DNA of 61,914 nt, counting the filler, from Chiloscyllium plagiosum (taxonomy: Eukaryota): NCBI RefSeq assembly GCF_004010195.1. It is 4 parts of one record of this genome, joined end to end, with 100 filler letters (N's around TTAATTAATTAA, not from the genome) between each part and the next. Parts side by side here need not be neighbours in the genome. Positions count along the whole stretch, not along the records: positions 1 to 11,943 come from NC_057711.1; positions 12,044 to 41,386 come from NC_057711.1; 2 more parts are not named here. One strand, given 5' to 3'. Under the pieces are notes generated by a model. The model was given only the letters and a program-made list of their open reading frames with translations. It was not told where the DNA came from and did not search any database. The translations under genes were made by a program, and so were the position numbers. Below are positions 1 to 12,849 of the stretch, piece after piece. Each line of letters starts with the position of its first letter. The first letter of the stretch is position 1.

Positions 1-251
1 CCAGTCTCCCCAATGTAGAGGAGGCCGCATCGGGAGCAACGGATACAATAGATGATATTAGTGGATGTGCAGGTAAAACTTTGATGGATGTGGAAGGCTC
101 CTTTAGGTCCTTGGATGGAGGTGAGGGAGGAGGTGTGGGCGCTGGTTTTACAGTTCCTGCGGTGGCAGGGGAAAGTGCCAGGATGGGGGGGTGGGTCGTA
201 GGGGGGCGTGGACCTGACCAGGTAGTCACGGGGGGAACGGTCTTTGCGGAA

Positions 252-570
252 GGCGGAGAGGGGTGGGGAGGGAAATATATCCCTGGTGGTGGGGTCTGTT
301 TGGAGGCGGAGAGGGGTGGGGAGGGAAATATATCCCTGGTGGTGGGGTCTGTTTGGAGGCGGAGAGGGGTGGGGAGGGAAATATATCCCTGGTGGTGGGG
401 TCTGTTTGGAGGCGGAGAGGGGTGGGGAGGGAAATATATCCCTGGTGGTGGGGTCTGTTTGGAGGCGGAGAGGGGTGGGGAGGGAAATATATCCCTGGTG
501 GTGGGGTCTGTTTGGAGGCGGAGAGGGGTGGGGAGGGAAATATATCCCTGGTGGTGGGGTCTGTTTGGAG
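252..570. repeat. 53-bp tandem repeat, 6 copies, inside the Penelope fragment
   Basis: Unit GGCGGAGAGGGGTGGGGAGGGAAATATATCCCTGGTGGTGGGGTCTGTTTGGA starts at 252, 305, 358, 411, 464 and 517. Confidence 0.95.
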
Positions 571-901
571 GTGGCGGAAATGTCGGCGGATGATTTGGTT
601 TATGCGAACGCCTCATCTTCCGCCTTGGAACACTTCAACCCCAGGGCATCAATGTGGATTTTAACAGTTTCCTCATTTCCCCTTCCCCCACCTCATCCTA
701 GCTTCTAACCTTCAGAAACTCGATCCCCTGACCTGTCCCCCCTGCCCCGCTCCTTTTCCACCTATCCACTCCACCCTCTCCTCCCTGACCTATCACCTTC
801 ATCTCCTTCCCCACTGACCTATTGTACTCTATGCCACTCTCTCCCCACCCCCACCCTCCTCTAGCTTATCTCTCCACGCTTCAGGCTCTCTGCCTTTATT
901 C

Positions 902-929
902 CTGATGAAGGGCTTTTGCCCGAAACGTC
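902..929 (+). ncRNA. minimal hammerhead ribozyme core (Penelope pLTR type)
   Basis: CTGATGA-A-GGGC-TTTT-GCCC-GAAAC-GTC: catalytic boxes, helix II and GUC cleavage triplet. Confidence 0.7.
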
Positions 930-964
930 GATTTTGCCTGTTCTCGGATGCTGCCTGAATTCCT

Positions 965-3000
965 TGTCCTGGATGGTGTCAAGCTTCTTGAGTGTTGATG
1001 GTGCTGCAGTCATCCAGATATAAAGGAATTATTTCATCACACTCCTGACTTGTGCCTTGTAGACAGTAGGCAAGTTTTGAGGGGTCATGCGTTGAGTTAC
1101 GCAATGCAGGATTCCGAGCCTCTGATCTGTTTTTGTAGCCATTGTATTTATATGGCTAGTCCAGTTCAGCTTCTTGTCAACAGGATGTTGATATTGGTGG
1201 TTTCAGAGATGGGCATTGCCTGGCATTTGTGTGGGACCAAAGTTACTTGCCCTGCATCAGCCCAAGGATGGATATTGTTGCATTTGGATATTGACTGCTT
1301 CAGTATCTGATGAGCCACGAATGATGCTGATCATTGTGCAATCATGGACAATTATTCCCACTTCTGGGCTTATGGTGGAGGGCAGTTCATTAATGAAGAA
1401 ATTGAAGTTGGTTAAGCCTTGGGTACAACCCTGGGGAACTCCTTAAGAAGTGTCCTTGGGCTGAAATGATTGAATCCCAACAAACACAACCATTTTCCAC
1501 CTGATTCCCATTGATTCCAGTTTTGCTAGGTCTCTTTGTGTGCAGGACATACCTAAGCAATTTTTCATATTGTTAGGTAGATGCTAGTGTTGAAACTGTA
1601 CTGTAACAGTTTGGCTGGGTGTGAAGCAAGTAATGGAGCCCAAGCCTTCTGTATAATTGTCAGAATGTTATCAGAACCTGTGGCCTTTGCAGTAGCCAAT
1701 GCCTTCAGCATTTCTTGATATCACTTGACGTGATTTGAATGGATTGAAGACTATTTGGAGAATTTTGGAGTTGAGGCAGCATGGTGGCTCAGCGGTTAGC
1801 ACTGCTGCCTCACAGTGCCAGGGACCTGGGTTCAATTGCAGCCTCGAGCGACTGTCTATATGGAGTTTGCACATTCTCCCCCTGTCTGTGTGGATTTCGT
1901 CTGGGTGCTCTGATTTCCTCCCACAATCCATAGATGTGCGGTTAGGTGAATTGGCCGTACTAAATTGCCCATAGTGTTCAGGAATGTGTGGGTTAGGTGC
2001 ATTAGTCAGGGATAAATGTAGAGTAATAGGTAGGGGAGTAAGTTTGAGTGGAATACTCTTTGGAGGGTTGGTGTGGACTTGTTGTGCCTCATGGCCTGTT
2101 TTCACACTGTGGGGATTCTATGAAAGAATCCATTCAGCCTTTTGCAAATGCTTCAGCCTTTTCTTCGGAACTGATATTCTGGGCTCTCCCCATTGTGATA
2201 ATAGGGACATTTGTGGAGACTGCTCCTCCAGTTTGCTGTTTAATTGACCACCACTGCTCATGATCGGAAGTGGCAGAACTGCAGAGCTTGGATCTGCTCT
2301 GTCTAACATTGCTGCTTATGCTGTTTGTCATATATGTAGACCTGTTCTGTTGATTCACCTAATTTGTTTTAGGTATGCCTAGCACTGCTCCAGGCATGTC
2401 TTCCTACACTCTTTATTGAATCAGAATTGGTTCCCTAGTTTGATGGTAATGCTTGAATAGAGAAATGCTGGGTCATGAGTTTGCAAGTTTTGTTTGCATT
2501 CAATTCTATTGCTGCTGATGGACCTCAGTGCCTCATGAATGCCCAGACTCGAGTTGTTAGTTCTGTTCAAAGTCTATCTCACTCATAAGGTATGAAATAA
2601 ATTCTTAGTGTGAAGATGGGACTTGGTCTCCACAAGAACCGTGTGGGTCACTATCACCAATACTGTCATGCACAGATATATCTGCGGCAGGCAAATTGGT
2701 GAAGATGAGGTCAAATATGTCTTCCTTCACATTGATTCCTTCACAACCTGCCACTGACCCGGTCTCGCAGCTATGTCCTTTAGGACCCAACCAGCTTAAT
2801 CAGTAGTGCTCCTGCCGAGCCACTTTTGGTGGTGGATATTAAAATTCCCCACTCAGAGGATATAGTGTGCCCTTGTTACCGTCAGTACTTCCTCCAAATA
2901 TTGTTCAACATAGGGGAATACTGATTAATTAGCTGAAGTGGGGTGTATGTGGTAAACAATAAGAGTTTCCTTTGCCCACATTTGATGTGAGAACATAGAC
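965..3000 (-). mobile_element. degenerate CR1/L2-group LINE ORF2, interrupted by a SINE at 1774-2122
   Basis: Minus-strand remnants DLIFTNLPAADISVHDSIGDSD (endonuclease end) and EEKAEAFA. Similar sequence recurs at 12850-13890 and 39894-41020. Confidence 0.65.
1774..2122 (+). mobile_element. HE1-type tRNA-derived SINE
   Basis: A-box TGGCTCAGCGG, B-box GGTTCAATTGC, core TGGAGTTTGCACATTCTCCCC and a CR1-like tail. Confidence 0.9.
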
Positions 3001-4269
3001 TTCATGGAATCTAACATCTGCTGATTTGACAATGGTTTCATCATTAGACTTTTAAATTCCAAATTGCCCATAAAATTACTTGGGTTACTAGTCCAGTGGC
3101 AATGCCATCACACCATTGTTATACTCTTGCTTGAAAATGATGGAAGGGTTGTGTAAAAGCAAATTCTGTAAACGCTGAAAATCTAGAATAAAAACAAAAA
3201 GTGTTGGAAAAACTCTGGCAGCATCTGAAGCGAGACAAGTAGAGTTAATGTTTCCAGTCTGAAAAGACACTTCTTCAGAATCTGATGTGGCTAAAGAAGA
3301 GTTAATTGAACTCCAAGGGTAGCATGCCAATAGATGGATTAGTTCAGTTTGACAATTTGGTGAGGGCCTGGCATTCAGAGTCATTGATACTTACAGCACA
3401 TTGGAGCTATTTAGCCTGCCATGCACATGCCTGCTGACAGGTAGACAACCAGCTTAATCCCACTTTCTGACTTGTTATCTATGTTTTGGACACTTTGGCC
3501 CACTTATGAATTTAAAAATACTTTACCCAACTGCTATTGTCAGTGAGGAGCACACTAGGTCACAGAATTTGCTTTGTAGTTCAACTTGATTTTATTAACA
3601 AAATGTTCCTTATTTAAAACATCAGGTGAGCATTTCCCAAACTCTCAATCTAACTCCATCCATCTGATAAATGATATTACTCGCAACAATCCATGTGTTT
3701 AAGCTGGAAATTCCTTCCTCTCCAGCATCGAGCTGGCTGTCTTCCATGAACATGAGTCTCGCAGGTCAGGGTAGATTTTCTCCTGGGACTTCTTGGGTTG
3801 CCACACAGTCTTCTACCACAAATCTTGCTAAAGGGGTGTTTTTATCCATCTCGCCTGGGACTTTCCTGAATGTTCGGTGGTCTTTGGTGAAAGGGGTCAT
3901 GAGCAGGGTTCTCCCATGGAGTCTTGCCAACACCTGTCACTGTTCCCATGCCAGGGAGGTGTAAAGTGCACAATCAGGCATTGGCCAGAAGTCAAGGTGC
4001 TCAGAAAGTCTGATCAAAACTTCTCCAATACACAACCCTCAGGCTAGTTGTAACTGTTTTCCCCTGAACCTTAACGACTTATTTGACCTTGGTTTGCACT
4101 ATTTCATGTGGCCAAAAGCTGCTGGCTGCTGTTTAATTTGGTTTGGCCGATTTTCTGTCAAGTCCAATTTCTCTGACTGTGTATCAATTTAGAATGTCCA
4201 ATTTTTGGCTTGTGGTTGCTTGACCACAGACTCCTGTCGGTTATGGCAGTTCAGCATCACTGATTTGTC

Positions 4270-5720
4270 ATGGTGTAGAAGGAGGCCATTGAGTCCATTG
4301 TGCCTGCACCAGTTCTTTAACTAAGTACCAAACTCCTGCCTTTCTCCATTTCCTAGTACATAATTTCTATTCAATAATCATCCAATACCCTCTTGAATGC
4401 CTCAAATGAACCTGCCTCTACCATATTTCAGGGCAATGAAATCCATAACCTAACCACATGCTGTGTGAAAAAGATTTTTCTATCTCATTCTTGCTTCATT
4501 TGCACTTCACTTTAAATCAATGCTTTCTCATTCTTTTTTCCTTTTACAAGAGGGAACAGCTTCTCCCTATTTACTCTACCCAGTCCACTCATGATTTTGA
4601 ACACCTTTATCAAATCTCCTGTCAGCCTTCTTCTCTCCACGGACCGCAGTCCCAAAATTCTTCAATCTATCTTTATGACGAAGGTCTTGCATTTTGGAAC
4701 CAATCTTGTAAATCTCTTCTGCATCCTCTGCACTGCATTCGAACCTTTCCTATAATTTGACGGCCACAACTGTACACAATATTAAAGCAGACATCTTGTA
4801 CAAGTTCAATATCGTTTCCCTGTCCTTTTACTTTATGCCTTCATTAATAAATCAAAAACTGCTCTCTCTAGCTGTCCTGCCACCTTCAATGATCTATGCA
4901 CATATGCATCGCTCTGCTCCTGCACCCCTGTTAGAATTGTAGCCCTATTTCTAAAGTATTTCAATGTTCTGCTGAACAAAGTGCAGCACTGCTCTCTTCT
5001 TTGCATTTTAACTCACTTACCTACCAACCAATCGTTCCAGCAACTTGTCAATGCCTTTTGGATGTCCACAGGTCCTCCTCATAATTTACAGTTCTTCAAA
5101 GTTTAGTGTCATCTGCAAGCTATCAAAGTGCATTTTAAATGTTATGAGGGATTCTGCTTCTCCCACTTTTTCAGAGTTCCAGATCCTGACCACATCTTGA
5201 ATGGACTTGTTTTCCTAACATGTCTTCTAAACTTCATGCCTCCTTCCCTAAATCATGCCACATCATTATGGACCAATTAACCAAGAGGACTATGGCTTTT
5301 CTACCCACTCTGTCTAGACCCATTATAATTTTATACCCTTCATTTAGGTCTCCTGTCAGCCTCTTCTGTTTGAAAATAAGACTAGCCTGTCCAATCTTTC
5401 ATCATAATCACAATTATCTAGTTTAGGCAACAACCTTGTAATTCTCTTCCACACTCTGTCTAATACAATCATATCTTTTCTATTGTGCACTGACCAGAAT
5501 GAGAGAATTACCCAGGCTGTGACCTAACTGGTATTTTATTAATTTCCTACATATTTTCCAAGCTCTTATATTGTCTGTCTCAATGAGCAAAGGAAAATGT
5601 TAATTTGTCTACTTGGCCATGATATTCACATATCAAGCCACTTTCTGCGATCTGTGGACATGCACTGCAATGTTCTTCTGAATGTTAAAGGAGCCCAAGC
5701 TCCATTTAGTATCATGACAG
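4270..5720 (-). mobile_element. old CR1-type LINE 3' fragments
   Basis: Reverse-complement similarity to the ORF2 3' end/UTR of CR1 copies elsewhere in the window. Confidence 0.55.
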
Positions 5721-6389
5721 AGTTTGACCTCCCAACAGGATGCTTCCGGGAGAAAACAAGTTTATTACAGACAAAAATTCAGTTTTTCTCTGCTTTGTGT
5801 CCCCAGTTGGTTTACAGATCAATAAATAGGAAGCTGAAAAAGCTGATATTTTAAAAGTAACCTTAGAAGTATCGTTAAAGTAACATAACTAAAAAATGAC
5901 AGTTTATACCAGGCTTAACATTTTGTGCAATATACACTATGATCTGTTTTCTAATCCAGTGTGACATTTTCAATTTCAGTTATTTGCTGTTTAACTTCAA
6001 AGCAAGAGTATTCTTCTCAAACAGATGTCCTGTGAAACATTTGCAGCAACAAATTGCATGTACATAGTATCCATACTGTAAGGCAAATTCTGTAAAACAA
6101 ATGTTGTAGAGATCAAAATAGGATAGATGAACTTAGAAATGAACTCAGAATCAAAGAACTGTTATGGTACAGAATGATGCCATTCGGCTCAATGTGTTCA
6201 GGCTCTCCAAATGAGTATCATGACTAAGAGTCATTCTCTTGCTTCTTGTATTTTGTAATAATCTCCTGCAGTTTTGAATGGGTCAATTCAACCTGCTCCC
6301 TTCACTCTTGCAGGCAGTGCACTCCAGACCTGAACCACTCACTGCATAAAAAATTTCATGATTGATTACTAAACTTAGTGATCTCGGAC

Positions 6390-7070
6390 TAAGCCCCACT
6401 CTCTGTAACAGCACAGAGGTGGAATGAGTGGAGAGTGTCAAGCTCCTGGGAGTGGTCATCCACAACAAGCTTTCTTGGACTCTTCATGTGGGCGCAATGG
6501 TTACAAAGGCCCAACAATGTCTCTTCTTCCACAGGCAGCTGAGGAAATTTGGAATGATGGCGAATACCCTTACCAACTTTTATAGGTGTGCCATCATGAA
6601 CATTCTCTCTGAATGTCTTACTACCTGGTGTGGCAACTGTACAATTCAAGATCAGCAACCGTTACAGAGAGTGGTGAACTTGGCCCGGACAACCACAAAG
6701 GCCAACCTCCCATCTGTAGAATCCATCTATCAGGCCCGCTGTCAAGGAAAAGCCGCCAGTATTCTCAAAGATCCATCCCACCCTGGCAATGTTCTTCTAC
6801 AACCTCTACCATTGAGGAGAAGGTACAGAAGCCTGAACACACGCACCTGCTGGTTTCATAACAGTTCCTACCCTACTGTTGTTTGAATACTGAATGGGCT
6901 CACAAACTCTTAACATTCGCCTGTACTTGTATTTTTGTTTTTGCCACTGTTTACCTATTATTTACTTATCTATACCACTTAACTATGTGATCTGCCTGTA
7001 TTGCTTGCAAGACGAAGCTTTTCTCTGTGCTTCAGTATATGTGACAATAAATCCAATTCAATTCAGTTCA
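6390..7070 (+). mobile_element. Rex1/Babar-type LINE 3' fragment inserted into a CR1
   Basis: ORF 6428-6886 (KLLGVVIHNKLSWTLH...KAQQCLFFHRQLRKF...LTNFYRCAIMNIL...TWCGN) is the DUF1891-like C-terminus. It is followed by AATAAA and a (CAATT)n-like tail. Confidence 0.8.
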
Positions 7071-8130
7071 TCACATTTGCAAATCATTTTGAATATGCTC
7101 TCTCATTCTCACCATGTTATAACTGCAAACAGTTTCTCCCTATCTATCCACATCTCTCATGAATTTAAAAAATTATGTCAGAGTTCCTCATAGCTTTCTG
7201 CCCTCCAATGAGAACAGATCCTAATGTTTCCAATGTAACTCATTTAACTGAAGTTTCTCAAACATCTAAGCCTTCTTTACAATCCCTGCAATGTGTTCAC
7301 ATCCTTCTGATGAACTGGCACCCAGAACTGTACACAATACTCCGGTTGACATCTAAGAAGTGTCTTACACAGGTTCAGATTGTACACTTTATCAACAGTT
7401 TCTCAATGTGTTACAACTTTTCTCAATGTGTGGCATTGTATGAAAAGTCTTCTGGAAGTCCATGTACACCACATTAGCAGCATCGACTGTTCCTGTTTCC
7501 TCTTCAAAAAACTCCAGCAAGTTAGTTAGACATGATTTGCCCTTTAGAAGTCCATGCCGACTCTTCATAATCAACCCACACGACTACTAATTCTTTTCTA
7601 AATAGTTGTTTCTAGAATCTTCTCTACCATAAAGTTAAACTGACTGGCCTGTATTGGCCTTATAGTTGCAATCCTTTTTGAATACAGGATAAATTTTGCA
7701 ATTCTCCAATCTATTGTACCTCCGTTGAATCCTTTGAAGATATAACAGAATTGTGGCCAGGGACCTTACAATTTTGAGTTTCACTTCCTTTAATATCCTT
7801 GGATGAATTTTATCTAGTCATGGTGCTATGTCAACAATGTCTATTCAACATTTCTTTTTTATCAGTTCTGACTCCCTCGAGTGACAGAATTCCCTCTACT
7901 GTCACCAGGCTTAGGGCACATCTATCTCCTTGATAAATACAGATGCAAAGTATTCCTGTAATATTTCATCCCTGCCCCATGCTTCCATGTTTAAAATCCC
8001 TTTCTGATCCCTTATTGGCCTTAATCCTCCTTTAACCAGATGATTATCATTTAGATGCCTACAGAAGACATTACATTGGCCAGCAATACTTTGCCATAGT
8101 CCATCTTCACTGTTCTAATGTGCTTTTCAC
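7071..8130 (-). mobile_element. CR1 LINE ORF2 fragment
   Basis: Minus ORF 7392-7574 HGLLKGKSCLTNLLEFFEE...VYMDFQKTF (CR1 RT). Confidence 0.75.
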
Positions 8131-9199
8131 TTCCTTTTAGTACTGGAGCTACCTGAACTCATTTACCTTGCAAGCTGTACAACTTTACAATAGTCATATA
8201 TCCTAACTTACTGTATAACACAAAAATAAAATAAAGAAATATAGTTGTTGGAGATCTGAAACAAGCAAAACCAGAAATTGTTAGAGAAGCTCAGCAGGTC
8301 TGGCAGCATCTGTGGAGAAAAAAAGAGTTAACATTTCAAGTCCAGTGAACTGAGTCCTGAAGAAGGGTAGAAGGACTAGAAAAGAAAGTTACAGTAGCAT
8401 CAGCAGCTGAGGTCACATGTGATGCAGCAAATTTGACACAGTAACCACCTGATTTAGAAGCACCGAATGACCACCACATTTTAACAGAAGCTAGATGAAC
8501 TTTGATTAAAAAAGAATGACCCTGTGTGCTGAAAACTCTTTATTCAGATTTAAGCCAGCATCATAAAATATTGGTACACAAACCCTGCTAATGTAGTTGG
8601 ATCTTGTCTAGTTCACTTAACTTGAAAATGTACGTTATACACTTAAGTACATTTTGAGGAAGCCAGTAAGTATCTGTAAAATCCAAAGCAAAGGATAAAT
8701 CTGAAAGCTAATAAGTACTGTGGGGCAGAATCATGTGCAGTTGGTCTGAGGCAATTTTGAATATAAAATGCTCCGGTTTAGTTGCAGAGGTCAGGGCAAC
8801 TTAAATTTAGTAAATCTGAATTATACAATTTTCTGAGTGAAAGTCCACTCAGTTGATGAGGCCCCTGACAATGTGGGTGGGTCTGCAAGCGTAATGTGGG
8901 CTATAATAGCACCTGCAGTCAAGTCTGGCCAACTGAGTAGTGACATTCACCACATTTACCGAGACAGGCATATCCATTTGTGACTTGAATGTGACCCTTA
9001 ATGTTAACACAGTTGCGATGAGCAGATTCCTGACATTTGGTGTAAGATAAAATGCTGCAAATGCTACAGGGCGTGGAGATTATGTCTGGTCTGCATCATT
9101 TTGTAATGCAAATACATTTAGTCTCAAGGCAAATAAATTTCAGTTGTTTGGTCCACTCAACTTTCATTACACTGATTCTTTGTTACACAATATTTCAGT

Positions 9200-9640
9200 T
9201 TCAGTTATGAAGATGGTCTGGAGGAGTTAGGACTAATTTCCTTGAAGAACAGAAGGCTGATTATAATTTGATTGAGGTATTCAGAAACATGAGGTATGTG
9301 GACAGCCTAGAGAGGGATAAACTGTTCTAACTTGTAAAAGGATTAAGATTTGGAGTGCACAGATTTCAAGTAATTGGTAAAAGAACCAAAGGAAGCAGGA
9401 GAAAAAGTTTTTTCATGCAATGGATGGTTAAGGTCTGGAATGCGCTGCCGAAGAATGTGATTGATATAGGTTCAAATGAAGCTTTCAAAAGAGGACTACT
9501 TATCTGGAATTATCTGAAAAGTATGAATGTGTAAGATTTCAGGGACATAGTGCCAGACGGGTACTAAGACATTTGCTCATTGAGAAAGTCAGTGCATTCA
9601 AAGATGGGGTGCTAGGTCTTCTGTGCACAAATAATTCTGT
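9200..9640 (+). mobile_element. CR1 3' end fragment
   Basis: Degenerate LGLISLKNRRL...LIEVF and a CR1 3' UTR-like sequence. Confidence 0.6.
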
Positions 9641-9834
9641 GATGGCTTGTTGATTGTAAAAAATTCATTCCTGTCTTCAAATCCCTCCTTTCTGTTGTGC
9701 TATGTCTCACACTCAGTATGTCAGCATATTTTTAAGAGACATGATCATGATATCAGCATGAAGTGTCTAATAGACTCAGATGCAATCTTATTTGGGATCA
9801 CTTGAATCATGCTAATGAAGGTATGCTCTTTTGC

Positions 9835-10785
9835 TGTAACCAAATGCCTTAATACTAACTTGGTATTAATGTCTTTAAGAATGAAATATTTATATATATA
9901 ATGATGAAATACATCTGGTTTCTATCTATTGATATATTTTTAAAGAGTTTGTATTTCAAACTGTTCACAGATAGCTGTTGGTCATTTTTTTGTGAAAGGT
10001 TTGATAGGTAACTGGGTCAGTCTCTGTGAACCAAAATTTTAAACCAGTGTAAATCAGAGAGCAGATGTCTGCATTGACCCCTGAAGAGTTAATGGAAGTT
10101 TGTTCTTCTTGTGGAAGTTTATGACAGGAGTAAAATAAAACCTATCAGCTTTGCAAAAGCTTGGATGAACAAGTTTTTTTTCAAAATTTAGTTAAAAGCT
10201 TTGAATACAGTTCAAAAGAGTCCTGATCAAAATTAGATGTAAGATACCGTTTTCTCTAGAAAAAAGCAATTGTTCAGAGCAGTTAAGGGAATGAGTTACT
10301 CAGTGTAAGGGTTTCAGTTGGTGAAAACATCCAGACCCAGGAGTGTTTGGTTGGAATTCTGCAGATTATTAAAGGACGAGTAAGTCTATCAGTTGTGCTA
10401 ATAGTCAAGTAAAAAGACATTGCAGTTCACAGGATGAGAATAGAGAAAAAGCAGTTAAATGAGCCTGCAGTTTTGATATGGCAGGAGAATTTCTCTGAAT
10501 TTTGATTAACTGTACATCGAAAGCATGGGGGAATAGAGGGGATTTTGATTTGCTGGGTGTTTTTGAAATATTTTAAGCTGTGTTATGTATAGATTGTTGG
10601 TGTGTTTTATTTTTCTTTCATCTGCTTAATAAACTTTTATTGCTAAAATAAAAGTTAGACACTTGCGTGCTTATTTTTAGTGAAAGACAATGACATTAAA
10701 TTGAAAGAAAACAAAATTTGGTCCATCAAGCCTGATTTCATTGCGGGATCTGACTTGTCTAATAAAAGTATCAGCCAGGATCAAA
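9835..10785 (+). mobile_element. possible solo LTR
   Basis: Starts TGTAAC, internal AATAAA (~10628), LTR-like end GGGATCTGACTTGTC...CAGCCAGGATCA. No clean TSD; pattern recognition only. Confidence 0.3.
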
Positions 10786-11221
10786 TTATTAGTGAATTGG
10801 AATAACTGTTGGATCCTACAAAACCGTGCGTTTTATTCCTAGTTTCTTATGTTACAAGAGATAAGCATTGCTGCATCATGTAAAGATACCTTGCTGGAGG
10901 AAAAGCCCAAGTTCCTTCCCCATCTGTCTCTTCTGGGTCGACATTTCCAAAGTCACCATGTTCCTCTAATTCTAACCTCCTATTTTACCTGCACCATTGT
11001 TGGGGATATGCTTTCAGCTGCTTGACCAAAAACTCTGGAATCCCCTCTCTAAAACCTTTAGTCAATCTACCTAATCCTTGTATTTCCTTTAAGGTTCTTC
11101 TTTAAAACAAGCTTGAACTGAGTTTTTGGTCACCTATTGTAGTATCTCATTAATTCAACTCAGTGTCAAACCTTGGTAATTACTCTTGCTAAGCAGCTGA
11201 GAGAAGAGATTTTCCCTCTAC

Positions 11222-12358
11222 TACCTCAGGGTCTGGGATGTCTCAGATCGGGTGTATAAGGTTCTAAAAGGGGAGGGCGAACAGCCAGAAATCACGTTAC
11301 ATATTGGCACTAATGATATAGCCAAGAAAAGGATTGAGGATATAAAAAGTGATTTCAGGGAGTTAGGATGGAAGCTGCAAAGCAGGACGAACAAAGTAGT
11401 GTTCTCTAGTTTACTACAGGTGCCATGAGATAGCGAGGCGAGGAACAGGGAGTGGGCGCAGCTTAACACGTGGCTGTGCAGCTGGTGTAGGAGGGAGGGC
11501 TTCAGATATGTAGATAATTGGGATGCCTTCTGGGGAAGGTGGGACCTGTACAAGAAGGACGGGTTGCATCTGAACTGGAAGGGGACCAATGTCCTGGGTG
11601 GAAGGTTTGCCCGAGTAGTTCGAGCGGGTTTAAACTAGTATCGCAGGGGGGTGGGAACCTGAGTTGTATACCAGAGGTGAGAGTTGATGCAGATGAGGCA
11701 ATAGCAAGAGGTAGACCAGCTAGTGGGAAGGATTTTCCTGGGAAGGAACCAAGGGATCAGTTAAAGTGTGTTTGCTTTAATGCAAGGAGTATCAGGAATA
11801 AAAGTGATGAACTTAGAGCATGGATCAGTACCTGGTGCTATGATGTTGCGGCCATAACAGAGACATGGGTTTCTCAGGGGCAGGAATGGTTGCTGGATGT
11901 TCGAGGGTGTAGAGCATTTAAAAAGAATAGGGAGGGGGGAAAANNNNNNNNNNNNNNNNNNNNNNNNNNNNNNNNNNNNNNNNNNNNTTAATTAATTAAN
12001 NNNNNNNNNNNNNNNNNNNNNNNNNNNNNNNNNNNNNNNNNNNAGAGGCATAGATAGAGTCGATAGCCAGAAACTATTTCCCAGGGCAGAAATGACTAAC
12101 ACAAGGGGTCATAGTTTTAAGCTGGTTGGAGGAATGTATAGAGGGGATGTCAGAGGGGTTCTTTACACAGAGAGTTGTGAGAGCATGGAATGCGTTGCCA
12201 GCAGCAGTTGTGGAAGCAAGGTCATTGGGGACTTTTAAGAGACTACTGGGCATGCATATGGTCACAGAAATTTGAGGGTGCATGCATGAGGATCAGTGGT
12301 CAGCACAACATCATGGGCTGAAGGGCCTATTCTGTGCTGTACTGTATTATGTTCTATA
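11222..12358 (+). mobile_element. young CR1 LINE: ORF1 SGNH esterase, ORF2 endonuclease start, assembly gap, 3' end
   Basis: LHIGTNDI...DGLHLNWKG (SGNH esterase ORF1, ends ~11638), then LKCVCFNARSIRNKSDEL...AITETW (APE endonuclease). A CR1 3' end follows the gap and may belong to a different copy. Confidence 0.88.
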
Positions 12359-12849
12359 GTAATGACTCACCTTTTCATTTTACAGTTTCTTTGCATTCCT
12401 TTGCATCACTTTACAGAATTTATAATGTAACAAGGAATCCTGAGCTGGAACTGTGTCTGTATCTTAATGTACTTGTCCATACTTCCTTTAATCTCTTCAA
12501 AGATTTAGTATCAGCACCTCCTGTTCAATGCAGGACAATCCCCAGCCCCAACTCATTGTAATCTCTTTCGCTGCAGCCCGAGAAGTGTCCCATTCTCAAA
12601 GGTTTAACTGTGGCTTGTCAGGTCTGCTTTGGCCAGCCATGTCTTCTTTTTCCATGTGGTGTTGTCTATTCTACTATCACTGTGGTACAGGAACAGAAAC
12701 ACAGGTCTTGCCAATAACAGTCATTGCTCTGTTATGGCATCTGGTGAACACCTCTGACCTCTCCTCTGTAGCACATCTCTGCTGATGCTGTCTCTCCAAG
12801 TGGTAATCAGCATCTCATGTAGGCAGTGCTGATGAAAAATGTACAGGCT

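Larger units (their letters stand above)
1..960 (-). mobile_element. Penelope-like element fragment (GIY-YIG region on -, with inverted 3'/pLTR part ~605-960 on +)
   Basis: Minus strand of 1-95 translates FHIHQSFTCTSTNIIYCIRCSRCGLLYIGET (GIY-YIG-like). Plus strand from ~606 gives ERLIFRLGTLQPQGINVDFNSFL, followed by a pyrimidine-rich 3' region and a hammerhead core. Confidence 0.85.

Noticed and set aside
81..708. Overlapping repetitive Gly/Trp-rich ORFs
   Set aside because: Antisense translations of the 53-bp repeat within a Penelope element.
3538..4270. Coding-looking or LTR-like segment (ORF 3671-3964)
   Set aside because: No recognisable domain, splice structure, terminal inverted ends or TSD.
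11988..11999. TTAATTAATTAA centred in N-runs (also 41431-41442 and 54842-54853)
   Set aside because: The same 12-mer sits inside three gaps of similar size, so it is a scaffolding spacer, not biology.
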